DNA of 63,974 nucleotides, the filler included, from Octopus bimaculoides (Eukaryota), in assembly GCF_001194135.2 (NCBI RefSeq). It is 6 parts of 6 records of this genome, joined end to end, with 100 filler letters (N's around TTAATTAATTAA, not from the genome) between each part and the next. Parts side by side here need not be neighbours in the genome. Positions count along the whole stretch, not along the records: positions 41,322 to 55,609 come from NC_068983.1; positions 55,710 to 60,806 come from NC_068997.1; positions 60,907 to 62,831 come from NC_068991.1; 3 more parts are not named here. The stretch is one strand, 5' to 3'. Made by a program: the position numbers and the translations under genes. The stretch's first letter is position 1. Each line of letters starts with the position of its first letter. Positions 48,376 through 61,512 of the stretch are shown in pieces. The notes beneath the pieces were generated by a model. That model made no database searches and was not told where the DNA came from. It worked only from the letters and a program-made list of their open reading frames with translations.

Positions 48376-51300
48376 GGGCGTATGAAAAGAAATTCCTTTT
48401 TGTTTAACGTGTTGCGCAAAAAAGATCAGTTACTCAGTGACATAGCTTTATGTTATTCATTCATGATTACATGAACTCATATTTTATTCATATTCTAATA
48501 AGGTAGATCCTTATTTGAAAGATATCCGTGTGAAATTTGTTACTGATTGGAGCATTATTCGTGTATTCTTCGGGGAATTTTAACTAGATGAAATATATTC
48601 CTGATTTCAAAGTGCATGTGATGTTATTTATTTAAACCTCTTGCCATAAATATAATAAAACAAATAATGGAGAGAATTTTAATTTCATAACACCGTTCCT
48701 ATTATTCTTGTTACATCTATGTGTCATGTAATAAATTTCTTTTATCTATGAGGACAATGACCAAAAGCAGTTCACATAACAAAGGAATTTCAATGAAAAT
48801 TCTGTAAATGCAAATCCAAATAACTATTCTTAGCAAGATAAAATTGGAGCGCTTTATTAAATATCAACATCCAATTATGAGTTTGGATATGTGTGTGTAC
48901 CCGCGTGTGTCAGTGGGCATAGTTATATGCATGTCTATATATCTACGTAATTATCTAGCTATATATGTTTATATATATGAATATATTTATATATATATAT
49001 ATATGTAGATATATACATGTATATATGTATATATATATACATATATATTTATATGTATATATANNNNNNNNNNNNNNNNNNNNNNNNNNNNNNNNNNNNN
49101 NNNNNNNNNNNNNNNNNNNNNNNNNNNNNNNNNNNNNNNNNACGTTTCCGAACTTCATTTACGTACAAATTTCATTTTCGTCATTTAGGGAAATAGTGCT
49201 ATTTCAATTTACAGTTCTCTTTCAAAATGTTGATTTCTGTCTTTCTGTCTGCAGAAAAATTTGGTACCTTAGAATAAACTGCTATTCTGTAAACAAAACA
49301 CCCCCCCCCATCACAAAAACAAAAACTAACGAATTATTTAACTTCTTGCACTGCGTCCTAAATTTGTGTGTTTTTACTTATATCATATCGTAAACCCATG
49401 TGTACGACAGAAGCCGTTTCTCTTCCGTTTTCCCGTAGATTATTAAACATTTAAGACGATGCCATCAACAGGTGGAAAGCATCTATTATTGATATTGTAA
49501 GTTTTCTTTTCTCACTATCGTTAAATGAATCTCACTTCATCAAAGTGTTTTAACTCTCATTGAGCAATAAATGATCACATTGTCCACTAATTTGTGACTA
49601 TAATATAGAACCAATTCTTGCAAAGAAAATGATAATAAAGTTGTTGCAAATGCATAGTTGTCATTTCGGGTCATTACTCTTTAGAAACACACCAGCTCCT
49701 TCAATAAATATATTCTTCTCAAATCCAAAACCACGTTAGATAAAACAAATTGAATGTGACTCTTCATTAACATTGAAAACAATGAGGCGGTTTTGTTTTT
49801 AATCTGATGTCTTTGCATAAGTGTACAAACAATAATTCCTTTTAAATTAAATACTTTTCTTAGACACGACTTAGATTACTGTAGTGTTCCAAATAAATTG
49901 ATAACGATCGATGGTTCATTGAGGAGAAGCTACTATATTAGCTATGCCACTGGTGATGATGGAGTTCTATAAAGTTCGAAATCTTTATATAATGCACATT
50001 AATTTCATGTTCTTATTTTATGCATTGCATTTATAACCAAGTCTTTTTCAAATGTTAAACATAACAGGTTTACGAGTCTACGTCTGTTGGTGATCTTATA
50101 CAATCTATACAATCCTCTTATTGAATATACATTTTCAGTGTATGAAATAATAATTTTGAATTCCCACAGTATTATTGCTGAAATTTATAATACTAGTCTC
50201 TGTACTGCAACAGCTATTATTATTGTAAAGGACTGAATTAAATGGAACAGTCTTTAATCTTGAGGAATTACACTGGTTTTTAATTATAATGAAGAAGTGC
50301 AATGTGATAACGTTGAAGTTTCTGTTACGAGGTCGCGAACAATACTCATTAATGAAACGATCAACCTTGTCTTCTGCATCCATAACTAACTCGCATTCGT
50401 CATCTATATACAATATCGATTTTTGAAATAATAGTATCGTTGTGCTGTGAATTTTATATTTATCCTCATGCACTTAGCTAGATATGTATCATGCATTTCA
50501 GTTACTGTGATGAAAATAAACTTTGTTTGTCGCATATCCCCACATTATATTCTGCTAACGCCTTATGATGTACTGAGCGCCGGAATCACTCAATAATTTT
50601 CACAAATTCATTTGTGCGATTTACCTGAATCGATCTGGCGCCGAAGCCACATCAATGGATACTGAACGAATATCTTGAATCGATGATTTATTTGTTCAAT
50701 TTAGTAACATTTAGCGCTCAGATTTTATCAAACTCTATAAACAATGTCCACAACATCCAAAACGATTTAAAAAAAATTGTCAGCGCCAATAATTACGACA
50801 ACAACAAATAACAAAGCGAGAATAAATTTAATCGATTCTGAGGAAATGATTTTCCTGTAATTTTGTTTGTATATGATGATATTCTTATTTCTTTCCAAGT
50901 CACATGTCGATCGTTCATGAAAATTGTTATACTGATTCATTCATTCACATCCGATTTCACTCGCGCACGCTCTCTCACTTCTTTCTCTCTGTCTTTCTAA
51001 CAACCTCCTTCCTCAAAATCAAACATGTACGCGTACCAACACAGACATATATGTTCACACCCACCCACGCACAACCAATCCATCTCCGTGTATATATATA
51101 TATATATATATATACNNNNNNNNNNNNNNNNNNNNNNNNNNNNNNNNNNNNNNNNNNNNNNNNNNNNNNNNNNNNNNNNNNNNNNNNNNNNNNNNNNNNN
51201 NNNNNNNNNNNNNNNNNNNNNNNNNNNNNNNNNNNNNNNNNNNNNNNNNNNNNNNNNNNNNNNNNNNNNNNNNNNNNNNNNNNNNNNNNNNNNNNNNNNN

Positions 51301-52799
51301 NNNNNNNNNNNNNNNNNNNNNNNNNNNNNNNNNNNNNNNNNNNNNNNNNNNNNNNNNNNNNNNNNNNNNNNNNNNNNNNNNNNNNNNNNNNNNNNNNNNN
51401 NNNNNNNNNNNNNNNNNNNNNNNNNNTATACATATGTATATATATATATGTATATCTATACATTTCAATATTTATATTTACATACATGCATGCATACATA
51501 CATACGTACATACGTAATACCTACCCACCTAACTACCTTTCCACCTATCTACATACTTGCATACATGCATATTTCTGTGCGTGTGTGTAATTATGTATAT
51601 GTATATGTTTCTTAAAATCTTCAAATCCAAAGTTAATCGCATAACAACGCAATACTTTTCAAAATTTTATTTAAATATATCTTGATATATTTTGGTATTC
51701 CTTAACTATCTATCATTCTCTTTTATATATTAACGCTCGTTGATTTTATATACATTTCATGAATGAATAATTATAACACTCCATTTTGAAATTCAAATAT
51801 TAAAGAAGACAATAAAGAAAAAGCAAAATAAAACGAGAAAATACAAAATTAAGTATAAACTTCACCAGAAATTTCATAACGGAAATGTTTCTCTTACAGA
51901 ATATTTCCACGTCTGAAATCATATTTTTATTTATTTCCGAGTGAGAAAATTGCTATATATTTTCAGAAGTGAGGGAAATGTTTATTTTTAAGATAACTGG
52001 ATTTCTCAAACGCATTTCTGAAATGAATAAAGAAAAAAAAATCACGACCAAAGTTATTAAACATAGTCTGCACTTGACGATCCCATAACTTATCTGCTCT
52101 ATATAAAATGAAAGCATGAACATTTGTTATCATTTTATACAGAAATACGATCAGATTTTGAGACAACTTCCATTAATTTAGAAATCTTACGTCTTTCTAT
52201 AATTCTTCGTGTCAGAAGTGTGTTGAAATAGCTTTAAGCAAATTCAACAGGGATTCAATTTATTAATCATTAACCAGCTGCAACTGTCATTTACAAGATG
52301 CCGAATTATTTCACGAAACTCATATAAAGATGACCAATAACTTACTTCCCTTATATTGCTCTATCAACTTCACAATAGTAAATATGGACATAGTTTAATG
52401 TAATCATATTCAAATATATTATCGAAACAAATTTACAAATTATCTGGAATTATATCGCTTAACGTCCATAATGATGCAACTGATGAGATAGCACGTCAAA
52501 TGTGGTTATAAATATTGCCATATAAACTGTTACCTATGTCTATGAATGCATTTATACATAAGTGTATGTGTGTGCCGCGCGCGCGTGTCTATAATGCAAG
52601 GGGAAAAGAAAAGAGTTATTTTTAGTAAACGCTTTAACCACTACGGCATATGCCCGTGATTGTTTACTTGTGTATGAAAACAGTTGGGACAGATAAAGAT
52701 GGTATATATCTAATTGTTACAAGCATTCTATACAAGATCAGACGGAGATCATCAACACGCCGCTTCAGAAACATTTTTATACCAACTTATATAAATATT

Positions 52800-53230
52800 C
52801 CTTTCTACTCTAGACACAAGGCCCGAAATTTTGGTGGAGGTGGGGCGGGCATCTATTAGATCGACCACAGTAACTGGTACTTAATTTATCGGTTCCGAAA
52901 GAATGAAAGACAAAGCCGACCTCCGCGGAATTTGGACTCAGAACGTAAAGACAGACGAAATATCGCTAAGCGTTTCGCCCTGCATGCTAACGTTTCTTAT
53001 TTCTTTATTGCCCACAAGAGGCTAAATATAGAGGCGACAAACAAGGACAGGCAAAGGGATTAAGTCGATTATATCGACCCCTGTGCGTAACTGGTGCTTA
53101 ATCTATAGACCCCCGAAAGGATTAAATGCAAAGTTGACCGCGAAGGAATTTGAACTCAGAAAGTAAAGACAGACGAAATACCGCTAAGCATTTCGCTCGG
53201 TGTGCTAACGTTTCTGCCAGTTCGCCGCCT
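52800..53230 (-). mobile_element. Heterodimeric SINE family B in one TSD
   Basis: Two monomers with different tails. TSD aacttatataaatatt (52784-52799) / aactcatatagatatt (53233-53248). Confidence 0.85.
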
Positions 53231-53359
53231 TCAACTCATATAGATATTAATTGATTAATAAGAGAAGGCAGTCAGAATTTGGATAAATACTATGTTACTA
53301 TCTATTGAACGTTTTCATCATATGTCTATGTGTGCTTGTGTGTATCCCGCATATTTCAG

Positions 53360-53425
53360 GAGGAGATCAGAAATCACATGGAGTTTCATTGCTCCCATTC
53401 ACTGCCCTTGCATACGTACTACCAA
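53360..53425 (+). CDS. Candidate 66-nt phase-1/1 exon, unknown gene
   Basis: atatttcag|GA GGA...CCA A|gtataa, translating as GDQKSHGVSLLPFTALAYVLP. Confidence 0.2.
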
Positions 53426-54475
53426 GTATAAGTGCTAAGGGAAAGTTGTGATTTAACACTGGATTATTTAAGAAATTGTTTAAGACGTCGCTCTTGCTTC
53501 GTCTATAAGAAATTTAAGCTAGGTAAATTTCCAATAGTACCCTGCTGCCTGAACGATTTTTAAATGTACATATTTTATTAAATATATGTTGCCGGAGAGT
53601 AGAGGAAAATTCTATGACAAAGACTAGCAGAAATAATTTTTTTCTAATATAAGTGAACATTGTCCGAGAATGGTGGAATCAAATATATGCACAAAATGAG
53701 ATCAAATAGATTCATACATATAGTAAGTGAAATTACTTACCAATGCATCAAAAGCTACTAAAGAACATCATCTTCAAACTCCAGAAAATACACAAAAGTA
53801 CAGCATAAATAACTGTAACAACGACAATGACAATAAAGAAAAATGTACCGTTTTATCTTTTATCCCGACATCAAATATCCAGACAGACTGATATATTTTC
53901 AAACGTGACACGATTTATTAAAAGAAATTTTACGTCACAGTAAATATATCTAAAAATATGTTATTGAACTAGAATTTTATCTTTAGATATGACATTCACA
54001 TACCAAAATTTCAGGAACAAATATTCCAACTTACACTCAGATGACATCAAACAGAACCTATCAAAAACGAGGCAATTTGATTTTATACAGAAATATGTGC
54101 ACGATGTATATAGATAACGTAAATAACATTCGGAAACGAATATAACTCACATGTTGTAGGATGAAAGACGATGGACAAGGAATTCACTTCATAGTCGAAT
54201 TCATATCTTAAATGGAGAAATTACACATAAAGTTGATATAAATCCAAAGGAACATACACGGAAAGTCATTAATAGCCCCAAGTAAAACTTGTTAGTTGCA
54301 CCACATCGCATTTGGGAGATTCATAGAAATGATTTTAATTAAATTCATCCAAACTAAAAATACAAATGAAATAGGACGGGTAAATTGTACTTGTGGAACA
54401 AGAGCGACGTAGGCAGCTAATTTACTAATATCGTGATGAAGCATGTATAAAAATTAACTTAGTTTTAAATTGTAG

Positions 54476-54678
54476 AATTTTTCTTGGGGGTTTTACCACT
54501 CTTCCTAGATTGCATTATATATGCTACCGTGATTACTATAGCTAGATATTTACCAAAGCCCCTTGCTCGCTTGCACGGAACAAGGATTGCAGGGATATTG
54601 CTAATTATAGCGTGGTTCATCAAAATAAAGTGGGAATATGCATGCTTCATTGCTTGTATATTTTTGATATTCTCAAAG
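54476..54678 (+). CDS. Candidate exon encoding hydrophobic, membrane-like segments
   Basis: ttttaaattgtag|, then an open frame FFLGVLPLFLDCIIYATVITIARYLPKPLARLHGTRIAGILLIIAWFIKIKWEYACFIACIFLIFSK|gttatt. The antisense frame is also open. Confidence 0.25.
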
Positions 54679-55009
54679 GTTATTTCAAAACCAGAGAAAT
54701 AGGACATAGAGAGATGAAGGCTGAGTTATCTCATGTAATTTGAAAGTTTGTAAGTGAGATATGGAAAAAATACTTAATTAAAATCTCTTGAGTAGGCCAC
54801 AGTATTACTGAAGAACATATTTCTTTACTACTAACTTGTATGCCACGAGAAATATACATCTTGGAGAAAACTGGATGAATACTGACAGAAGAGCAATACA
54901 ATATTCTTCAGACAATTACTCAGCAAATAATCAACTTTATAACTTACTTTCAAAGCATAGATATTAACTCAAGCATGTACTGAACACTGTAAAATTATAA
55001 ATGTTCATT

Positions 55010-55042
<33 letters not shown>

Positions 55043-55501
55043 ATATACAAGAGTTTTGGGAAGCTGCTAAACTCGAAGTAAATAAACCTCTAGATAACAG
55101 AGTGTAAGAACTAGAGTAAAAGCAGAGAAGAAAAACTATTTCATATTCTCTCAATAGTTCGAAACGCTCATGATATATAACTTAGATAACTTAGACTAGT
55201 TTGGGCCATTATCGGCCCACGCCATGACTAGCACAATAACACCACCTGGAAAAGTGTTTTAGCTAATTATTTCTGGACACCATGGACCACTCAAGCAGAG
55301 AGATGTTGTTGGTTGAGACGTAACCACGTTGGTGGTTTATCCGGTATTTCCTGGAGGAATTTGTCCAGGTACGGTTTGAAACTTCTCGGATATTTTTCTA
55401 CTTTAATTTCTTTCGGGATAACATTGAAAAGGGCACGGCCGTTTGCAGTTACGAATTTATGTCGCAATGTTCTTAAATGATGTGATCTCGACCTTTGTAG
55501 A

Positions 55502-55545
55502 AATAATAATAATAATAATAATAATAATAATTATTATTATTATTA

Positions 55546-55609
<64 letters not shown>
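55502..55609. repeat. (AAT)n/(ATT)n inverted microsatellite
   Basis: Direct observation. Confidence 0.95.
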
Positions 55610-55756
55610 NNNNNNNNNNNNNNNNNNNNNNNNNNNNNNNNNNNNNNNNNNNNTTAATTAATTAANNNNNNNNNNNNNNNNNNNNNNNNNNNNNNNNNNN
55701 NNNNNNNNNTGTGTGTGTGTGTGTGTGTGTGTGTGTATACAATTATGTATAGGCAC

Positions 55757-55862
55757 AAGCGTGGTTGTGTGGAAGGAGCATGCTACCCACATGGTCACAT
55801 GGTTCTGAGTTCAATCCCACTGCATTTCATCTTGGACAAGTGTTTTCTACAATAGCTTCTGT
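55757..55862 (+). mobile_element. SINE family A head, degenerate
   Basis: gtggttgtgtgg..gagttcaatcccact..cttggacaagtgttttctac. Confidence 0.7.
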
Positions 55863-55871
55863 GTGCTCCTC

Positions 55872-56200
55872 TGTTTCTTTTACTCTTGCTGAGTTCGCTG
55901 TAGATTACAGCTTTCGATATTCTGAATTTGTCTGTTTCAGGCGGTGCCTGTCCAACTGAGCTGACTGGGTAACTGCATGGTTTCAATACTCGAGGTGTTA
56001 AAGGAGTTTGGTGTTGGTGATGGGTTACATTCATGAGATGGCCATGAGGGAACGAAGACATGTCTATTGGAAAGATTACAGTATCTTGTTCTGCTTTCTG
56101 TACGGCACACATTCGTCTGGTTGACAGATGCAGTGCATAGTTGTGCCATACACGTTTCTGCAGGTGTCCAAAGTGGTACTGGTTTTGGCAATGTAAAGTT
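55872..56200 (-). mobile_element. RTE-clade LINE fragment
   Basis: LWTPAETC (cf. LLYGAETW), NTSSIETMQLPSQLSWTG (cf. QLRWAGHV), RISKAVIYSELSKSKRNRG. Confidence 0.7.
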
Positions 56201-56249
56201 ACCTTCTCGAATCATGTTGAATCATAAGAGCCGGTTTCCCCGGTTTCAT

Positions 56250-56390
56250 AGCGTATGAATTCCATACGTGGACGGGACGCCTGTCCACCGCAGGATTACT
56301 CATTTTCGACTCAAAAATGAATAATCTGGACTGGAGCAACGTGAAAGGAAATGTTTTGCTCAAGAATACAACGCGCCCTGACCACAAAGC
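56250..56390 (-). mobile_element. CORE-like SINE fragment (family D-like)
   Basis: tggactggagcaacgtgaaaggaaatgttttgctcaagaatacaacgc. Confidence 0.65.
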
Positions 56391-56714
56391 CACGCGTCTC
56401 CACTGGCTTTTGTAATAAGTTTGTCAGTGTTCCTTTCACAGTTTGCATCAATAGAAATGATACTCAAGCGGTAGGTGAAGTTTTCAGCTGTCCTTCGGTA
56501 TTGACTTGCGGTAGTCGGTATGTGGCATGTGGTATTTTCTGTCTATATGTGTATCTGTCTCTCAGTTTCTATATCCTCTTACTGTCCTTCTGTCTGTCTG
56601 TCTGTATGTATATATGTATGTATATTTATATGTATGCATGTATGTATGTATGTATGCACGTATGCATGTATGTATGTATGTATGCATGTATGCATGTATG
56701 TATGTATGTATGTT

Positions 56715-56746
<32 letters not shown>

Positions 56747-56749
56747 CGT

Positions 56750-57191
56750 GTGGAGGCGCAATGGCCTAGTGGTTAGNNNNNNNNNNNNNNNNNNNNNNNN
56801 NNNNNNNNNNNNNNNNNNNNNNNNNNNNNNNNNNNNNNNNNNNNNNNNNNNNNNNNNNNNNNNNNNNNNNNNNNNNNNNNNNNNNNNNNNNNNNNNNNNN
56901 NNNNNNNNNNTAAAGCTCCACGAGGCTCCGGCAGGGGATGGTGGCGAACCCTGCTGTACTCTTCCACCACAACTTTCTCTCACTCTTACTTCCTGTTTCT
57001 GTTGTGCCTGTAATTCAAAGGGTCAGCCTTGTCACACTGTGTCACGCTGAATATCCCTGAGAACTACGTTAAGGGTACACGTGTCTGTGGAGTGCTCATC
57101 CACTTGCACGTTAATTTCACGAGCAGGCTGTTCCGTTGATCGGATCAACTGGAACCCTCGGCGTCGTAAGCGACAGAGTGCCAACAACAAC
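56750..57191 (+). mobile_element. SINE family C spanning a gap, inserted in (TATG)n
   Basis: Family head and tail present. TSD-like atgtatgtacgt on both sides. Confidence 0.9.
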
Positions 57192-57862
57192 ATGTATGTA
57201 CGTATGCACGTGTGTATGTCTACTTGTAGAAATGCCGCAGTACATTTAAGCGAAGCTACATATAATACCGGTAAATATATTCACAGACAAATGCTAGAAC
57301 GTCAAGTTTCTAACTATTGAAAGTGTCACGTTCATGTATTTCTCAGTGGACAGAAAGACCGGGGATTATCTGGCGAGGGTTTTGATTTTAATTGGAATCT
57401 TCATCACTTATCTTGTATACCTTATTCTATATGTAACTATCAACGGATTTGTAAATCTAATTTGCATAATATTCAAGCTTCCGTTAGTAGCTACTTCAAT
57501 TAAATACCAATTATGCATTAGTAGGTGAGTAATGAAATTGATGCATATTTGTACAGTTGCAATGCAATATTTAACGAAAGCTATGCAAACTTATAAATAA
57601 TTATATTAATAGTTCATTCTCTTCACCGTTCCAAGCAAACAGCGAGAAATTCACATGGAAATGAAGAAGAAAGACTGAATACAAGGATAAAAAAACTAGA
57701 ACATGAACGTGTTCTCATTACGACACACACACACACACTTCGCTATATATTTATCTGCCTCTCTCTTTCTTTCTCTTTCTCTCCCTTTCTCTCTATGTAA
57801 CTATATATATATATATGTATATATATAGTTGAGGTGTGTTCTGGTAAGAACGTATAAGAGTA

Positions 57863-57934
57863 CGTTCACCCTTAATAGATCTCGTTCACCCTTAATAGAG
57901 CTCGTTCACCCTTAATAGGGCTCGTTCACCCTTA
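57863..57934. repeat. 20-bp tandem repeat, 3.6 copies
   Basis: cgttcacccttaatag(a/g)(t/g)ct units start at 57863, 57883, 57903 and 57923. Confidence 0.95.
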
Positions 57935-58436
57935 GAATTTCCAAATAGCCGGCAGTATTCTTATGGTATGCTACCAATTCTAATCTTAAGTATTCCTCGT
58001 GTGTGAAAATAAAGAGTAAAAAATAAAAGAGTTTCAAAGAAGAAACCATAGATGTTGTAACATGGAAATCTAGATTTACTTCCGGCGACAGCAACTGAGT
58101 ATCGCCTGAGGAGATACATATAGATTTTCTTATACAGGTAAATCGTTACATGATTTAATTTCAACTTCACTTTAAATCCTGTTTATACGAGGACGTGTAT
58201 GTATCGAAGCATTTGCAGTGATTAAAGAGCTCCCTATCCGTACTTACTCTTCCTTCTGACCCTTTTACTTATATATATATATATATNNNNNNNNNNNNNN
58301 NNNNNNNNNNNNNNNNNNNNNNNNNNNNNNNNNNNNNNNNNNNNNNNNNNNNNNNNNNNNNNNNNNNNNNNNNNNNNNNNNNNNNNNNNNNNNNNNNNNN
58401 NNNNNNNNNNNNNNNNNNNNNNCATACATACACACA

Positions 58437-58471
<35 letters not shown>

Positions 58472-58805
58472 GTATACATGTGTGTGTATACATATATATA
58501 CATGTATATGTATGTGCATATATATATGTATGTATGTATGTGTGTATATATATTTATATGTACGTGTGTGTATATGCATGTATGTATATAGTTATGTATG
58601 TGTGTATGTACGTATGCATGTACGTATGACTATACATTTGGGAAGTACCAGTATATGTCGTTACCATAATGAACATTCCTGGATGGAACTTTTTACTGAT
58701 CTCTTGTGATTTAAACTCCTTGAAACATGTTTCTCCCCCACGTATTGCATAAATATATAAATGCCATAATCTGGCCCAATACCAGTTCTTTGCTCGTCTT
58801 TCTTT

Positions 58806-58825
58806 TACACACATGCACATACACA

Positions 58826-58902
<77 letters not shown>

Positions 58903-58915
58903 ATACACACACACA
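58806..58915. repeat. (CA)n microsatellite
   Basis: Direct observation. Confidence 0.95.
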
Positions 58916-59384
58916 TCTGTTTCTGCTATTGTTGCTGCTGCTGATGCTCCATATGTTCGCATATGCGTTCGTATCAGCTCTGATCAAGCTGATCTGAATT
59001 TAATTGTGGAGGTTTTCTTGTCATTTGAGAGATACGGCGTTGTACATTATATATAACATATATTATTGCGATATTTTAATTAAAATAATCTCAAAGAATT
59101 GAACTGGAAGTTTGCCATTGTTTTCGTTTAAACATTTCAAAACAGGAGACCGATAGACACTATGGAATCCATTGGATTATACAATCCTGCCAAGATAACC
59201 TCATGCAAATAACACATCAACTGAGATGTCTTACTGTTATCGTCACCAGGGGGCTTGCTTAACCTAGCATGTTGAATATGTAATACAGTGTTCTCTGTAT
59301 CTCTTTGAACGAATATATATACTAAAGATATCACAGAAATAATACATTCAAATATGGAAAAAGAAAAATAATAATATTAATAAT

Positions 59385-59600
59385 TTTTTCCTACTACTGG
59401 CACAAGGACAGAAATTTTGGTATGGAGAGGAGAGGCTAATTGATTAAATCGACCTTAAATGCTCAGCTGGTAGTTATTTTGTCCATCCTGAAATGATGAA
59501 AGATAGAGTTGACATCGGCAGAATTTGAACTCAGAACTCGAAGAATCAGAAGATATACTGCTGAACATTTTGTTCAGATGGCCAAAATTCTACCAGCCAA
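59385..59600 (-). mobile_element. SINE family B, degenerate
   Basis: ggcacaagg..aaatttt..gttgacatcggcagaatttgaactcagaac. Confidence 0.7.
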
Positions 59601-59684
59601 ACAAAAGAATGAACCCGTTCACAAAAACGTGAGACAGAATTAGATAATCTAGTCCATTCTGTGCGAATTTTTTCAGATCATATC

Positions 59685-60048
59685 ATGATGGTGTTTGGAC
59701 TTTCAAAATGTGCTTTGATGGTGATGTGAGAGGAAATATTTGTCAGAAGAAAAGGTATAAAAAGGCCAACTGGTGAAATGATGAAGGCAACTGAAACTGA
59801 ATTGGGATATAAATGCCTATACTTGAAGCAGATGGAATTAATCATGATTGTAAGAAAAAAAAAGACAAAGAAAGAGTATCTGCGACGATTGGGAAAGATA
59901 TCTGATTTGAAGCTGAATACTGGAAACATAATTTCATCAATTAACACGCACGCAGCTTCAGCAGTTCATTGGACGGAGGGTGAACTCAAGGAGTAGGACA
60001 GGAAGACGAGAAAGTTTCTAATCAAGCAGGGTGTCCATCACCCTAGTG
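59685..60048 (+). mobile_element. R4/Dong-like RT-domain internal fragment
   Basis: MVFGLSKCALMVM..LGYKCL..KKEYLRRLGKI..KLNTGNIISSINT..WTEGELKE*DRKTRKFL..GVHHP. Confidence 0.75.
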
Positions 60049-60146
60049 CAGACATACTTGCCCAATGTGCCGCATAGTGGAAATACCCCTACACGGTTGC
60101 GAAGATAACTTCTTAATCACATCAACATCTTTCTGCTAATTTCATA

Positions 60147-60582
60147 TAGGAGTGACTGTGATGTAAGTAGCTTGCTTACCAACCACATGATTCCGGGTTC
60201 AGTCCCACCGTGTGGCACCTTGGGCAAGTGTCTTCTACTATAGCTTCGTGCCGACCAAAGCCTTGTGATTTAATTTGGTAGACGGAAACTAAAAGAAGCC
60301 CGTCGTATACATATATGTGAGTGTGTGTGTGTGTGTGTATGTGTGTGTGTGTGTGTGTGTGTATGTTTGTGTGTTGTGTTTGTCCCCCACCATCGCTTGA
60401 CACCCGATGTTGGTGTCTTTACGTCCCCGTAACCTAGCGGTTCGGTATAATAAACCGATAGGATAAGTACTAGGCTTACAAAGAATAAGTCCTGGAGTCG
60501 ATTTGTTCGACTAAAGGGGGTGCTCCAGTATGGCCGCAGTCAAATGACTGAAACGAATAAAAGAATAAAAGAATAAAAGAAT
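60147..60582 (+). mobile_element. SINE family A, full copy
   Basis: Head, CORE-like domain, tail, and a terminal (taaaagaa)n repeat. Confidence 0.92.
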
Positions 60583-60740
60583 TTGTGTGAAAGAGAGAGA
60601 AAGAGAGAGAGAGTGTGTGTGTGTGTGTGTGAGTGTGTGTGTGTGTGTGAGTGTGTGTGTGTCCGCCTGTGTATGTATATGCATGTATGTTTATATATAC
60701 ACATATACTTACACGTTCTTCCTCCCCTTCCCCTTTTCCA

Positions 60741-60806
60741 CCTTCTTCTTCTTCTTCTTCTTCTTCTTCTTCTTCTTCTTCTTCTTCTTCTTCTTCTTCT
60801 TCTTCT
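60741..60806. repeat. (CTT)n microsatellite
   Basis: Direct observation. Confidence 0.97.
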
Positions 60807-60905
60807 NNNNNNNNNNNNNNNNNNNNNNNNNNNNNNNNNNNNNNNNNNNNTTAATTAATTAANNNNNNNNNNNNNNNNNNNNNNNNNNNNNNNNNNNNNN
60901 NNNNN

Positions 60906-61077
60906 NCGTGTGCTCGAACTCTGCAAGAAGTTAATAATTTTATTTGACTAAAACACAACTGGAACCCTAAGTAAGGCATGTGTAAAATTTGAATGAAATT
61001 GGTTGCGTAGTTCTCGAGTTTTAGGGATTCACACAGACAGACAGACAGACACACATTCTCATTTTTATATATATAGA
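60906..61077 (-). mobile_element. Non-autonomous Helitron-like 5' end
   Basis: Minus strand begins A^TCTATATATATAAAAATGAGAATGTGTGT(CTGT)n, the layout seen in invertebrate Helitron/Helentron non-autonomous elements. Confidence 0.6.
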
Positions 61078-61512
61078 TAAATATAAATATATAAAGGCGA
61101 CTCGAGTTTCAGGGCTATTTCCCTTCGTCATGGCCGGTATGACAGACATATATATATATTGTTGTATTTCGGGGTGGTCCTTTTATTTTTTTTTCTTGCT
61201 ACGTACTATATATGTTTTTTCTTCACTCGTTTATTACTGTTCTTATTTTATTATTTTAACTTACGTCCATTGTCCGGACAATGGACATAAGTTAAAATAA
61301 TAAAATAAGAACAATAATAAAGAAGTGAAGAAAAAAATATATAGTGCGTATGTTTATTTGGCAAAAAAATAAATAAATAACTAAAATGACCATCCCGAAA
61401 AACAACAATATCTGTTTCAACACACGATTTCACATCAGGAATCTTGCAAAACGAATTGATATACGTATATATATATATTTATAATTCGCAGTATGTGTGT
61501 GTATAATGACTA

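Noticed and set aside
53742-53813. 72-nt minus-strand segment with a good acceptor and a GTAAGT donor
   Set aside because: Stops in all three frames. At most a non-coding exon, and unsupported.
55263-55368. In-frame TGA in LIISGHHGPLKQRDVVG*DVTTLVVYP as possible selenocysteine
   Set aside because: No selenoprotein homology or SECIS recognised, and another frame is fully open.
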